Under the pieces are notes generated by a model. The model did no database searches, was not told the origin of the DNA, and worked only from the letters and a program-made list of their open reading frames with translations. This document shows positions 63,630 through 64,000 of a stretch of 64,000 nucleotides of DNA, piece by piece (position 1 is the first letter of the stretch; the number at the start of each line of letters is the position of its first letter). This DNA comes from Mytilus trossulus. Taxonomy: Eukaryota. Both the position numbers and the translations under genes were made by a program. The stretch spans positions 44,206,001 to 44,270,000 of the forward strand of contig NC_086382.1 in assembly GCF_036588685.1 (NCBI RefSeq). The letters are read 5' to 3'.

Positions 63630-64000
63630 CTAGTGAATAAAGACTATTCACAGATAACCCCGCCACATCACTTATGTATGTGCCTGTCCCAATTAAGTCA
63701 GGAGCCTGTAAATTCAGTGGTTGTCGTTTGTTTATGCGTTACATATTTTTTTCGTATATAAATAAGGCCGTTAGTTTTATCGTTTGAATTGTTTTACATT
63801 GTCTTATAGGGGCCTATTATAGCGGACTATGCGGTATGGGCTTTGCTCATTGTTGAAGGCCGTACGGTGACCTATAGTTGTGAATGTCTGTGTCATTTTA
63901 GTCTTTTGTGGATAGTTGTCTCATTGGCAATCATACCGCATCTTCTTTTTTATATTTATTTAAGGAAATGTATGTACTTGAAAGAAGGGTAAGCTTACAA

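Overview
AT-rich, intron-containing eukaryotic DNA. The repeat families resemble those of a bivalve, most likely a mussel (Mytilus); this is an inference, not a database match. (1) 2.5-34 kb: three tandem, apparently intact 7-exon S1A chymotrypsin-like serine protease genes on the minus strand (273 aa each). The middle copy looks like an unequal-crossover chimera of the outer two. Each gene has a 45-bp minisatellite that multiplies the exon-5 splice donor. (2) Several hammerhead-ribozyme repeats (non-LTR retrozyme type): a 356-bp array with three minimal type I hammerheads at 1.3-2.1 kb, a second 350-bp family, and a 443-bp unit coupling a hammerhead-like core to tRNA-type A/B boxes. The first two families share a second, covarying structured RNA module. 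(3) 37.9-44.1 kb: a complete but disabled Ty3/Gypsy LTR element (ATAG TSD, tRNA-Leu PBS, -1 frameshift signal) with an extra SGNH/GDSL-hydrolase ORF between the PBS and gag; this is the most unusual protein-coding feature. (4) Penelope-like and LINE remnants, a Helitron, MITEs and minisatellites. (5) Three single-exon orphan ORFs at 49-60 kb. All exon and motif coordinates were worked out by eye; no database searches were run.
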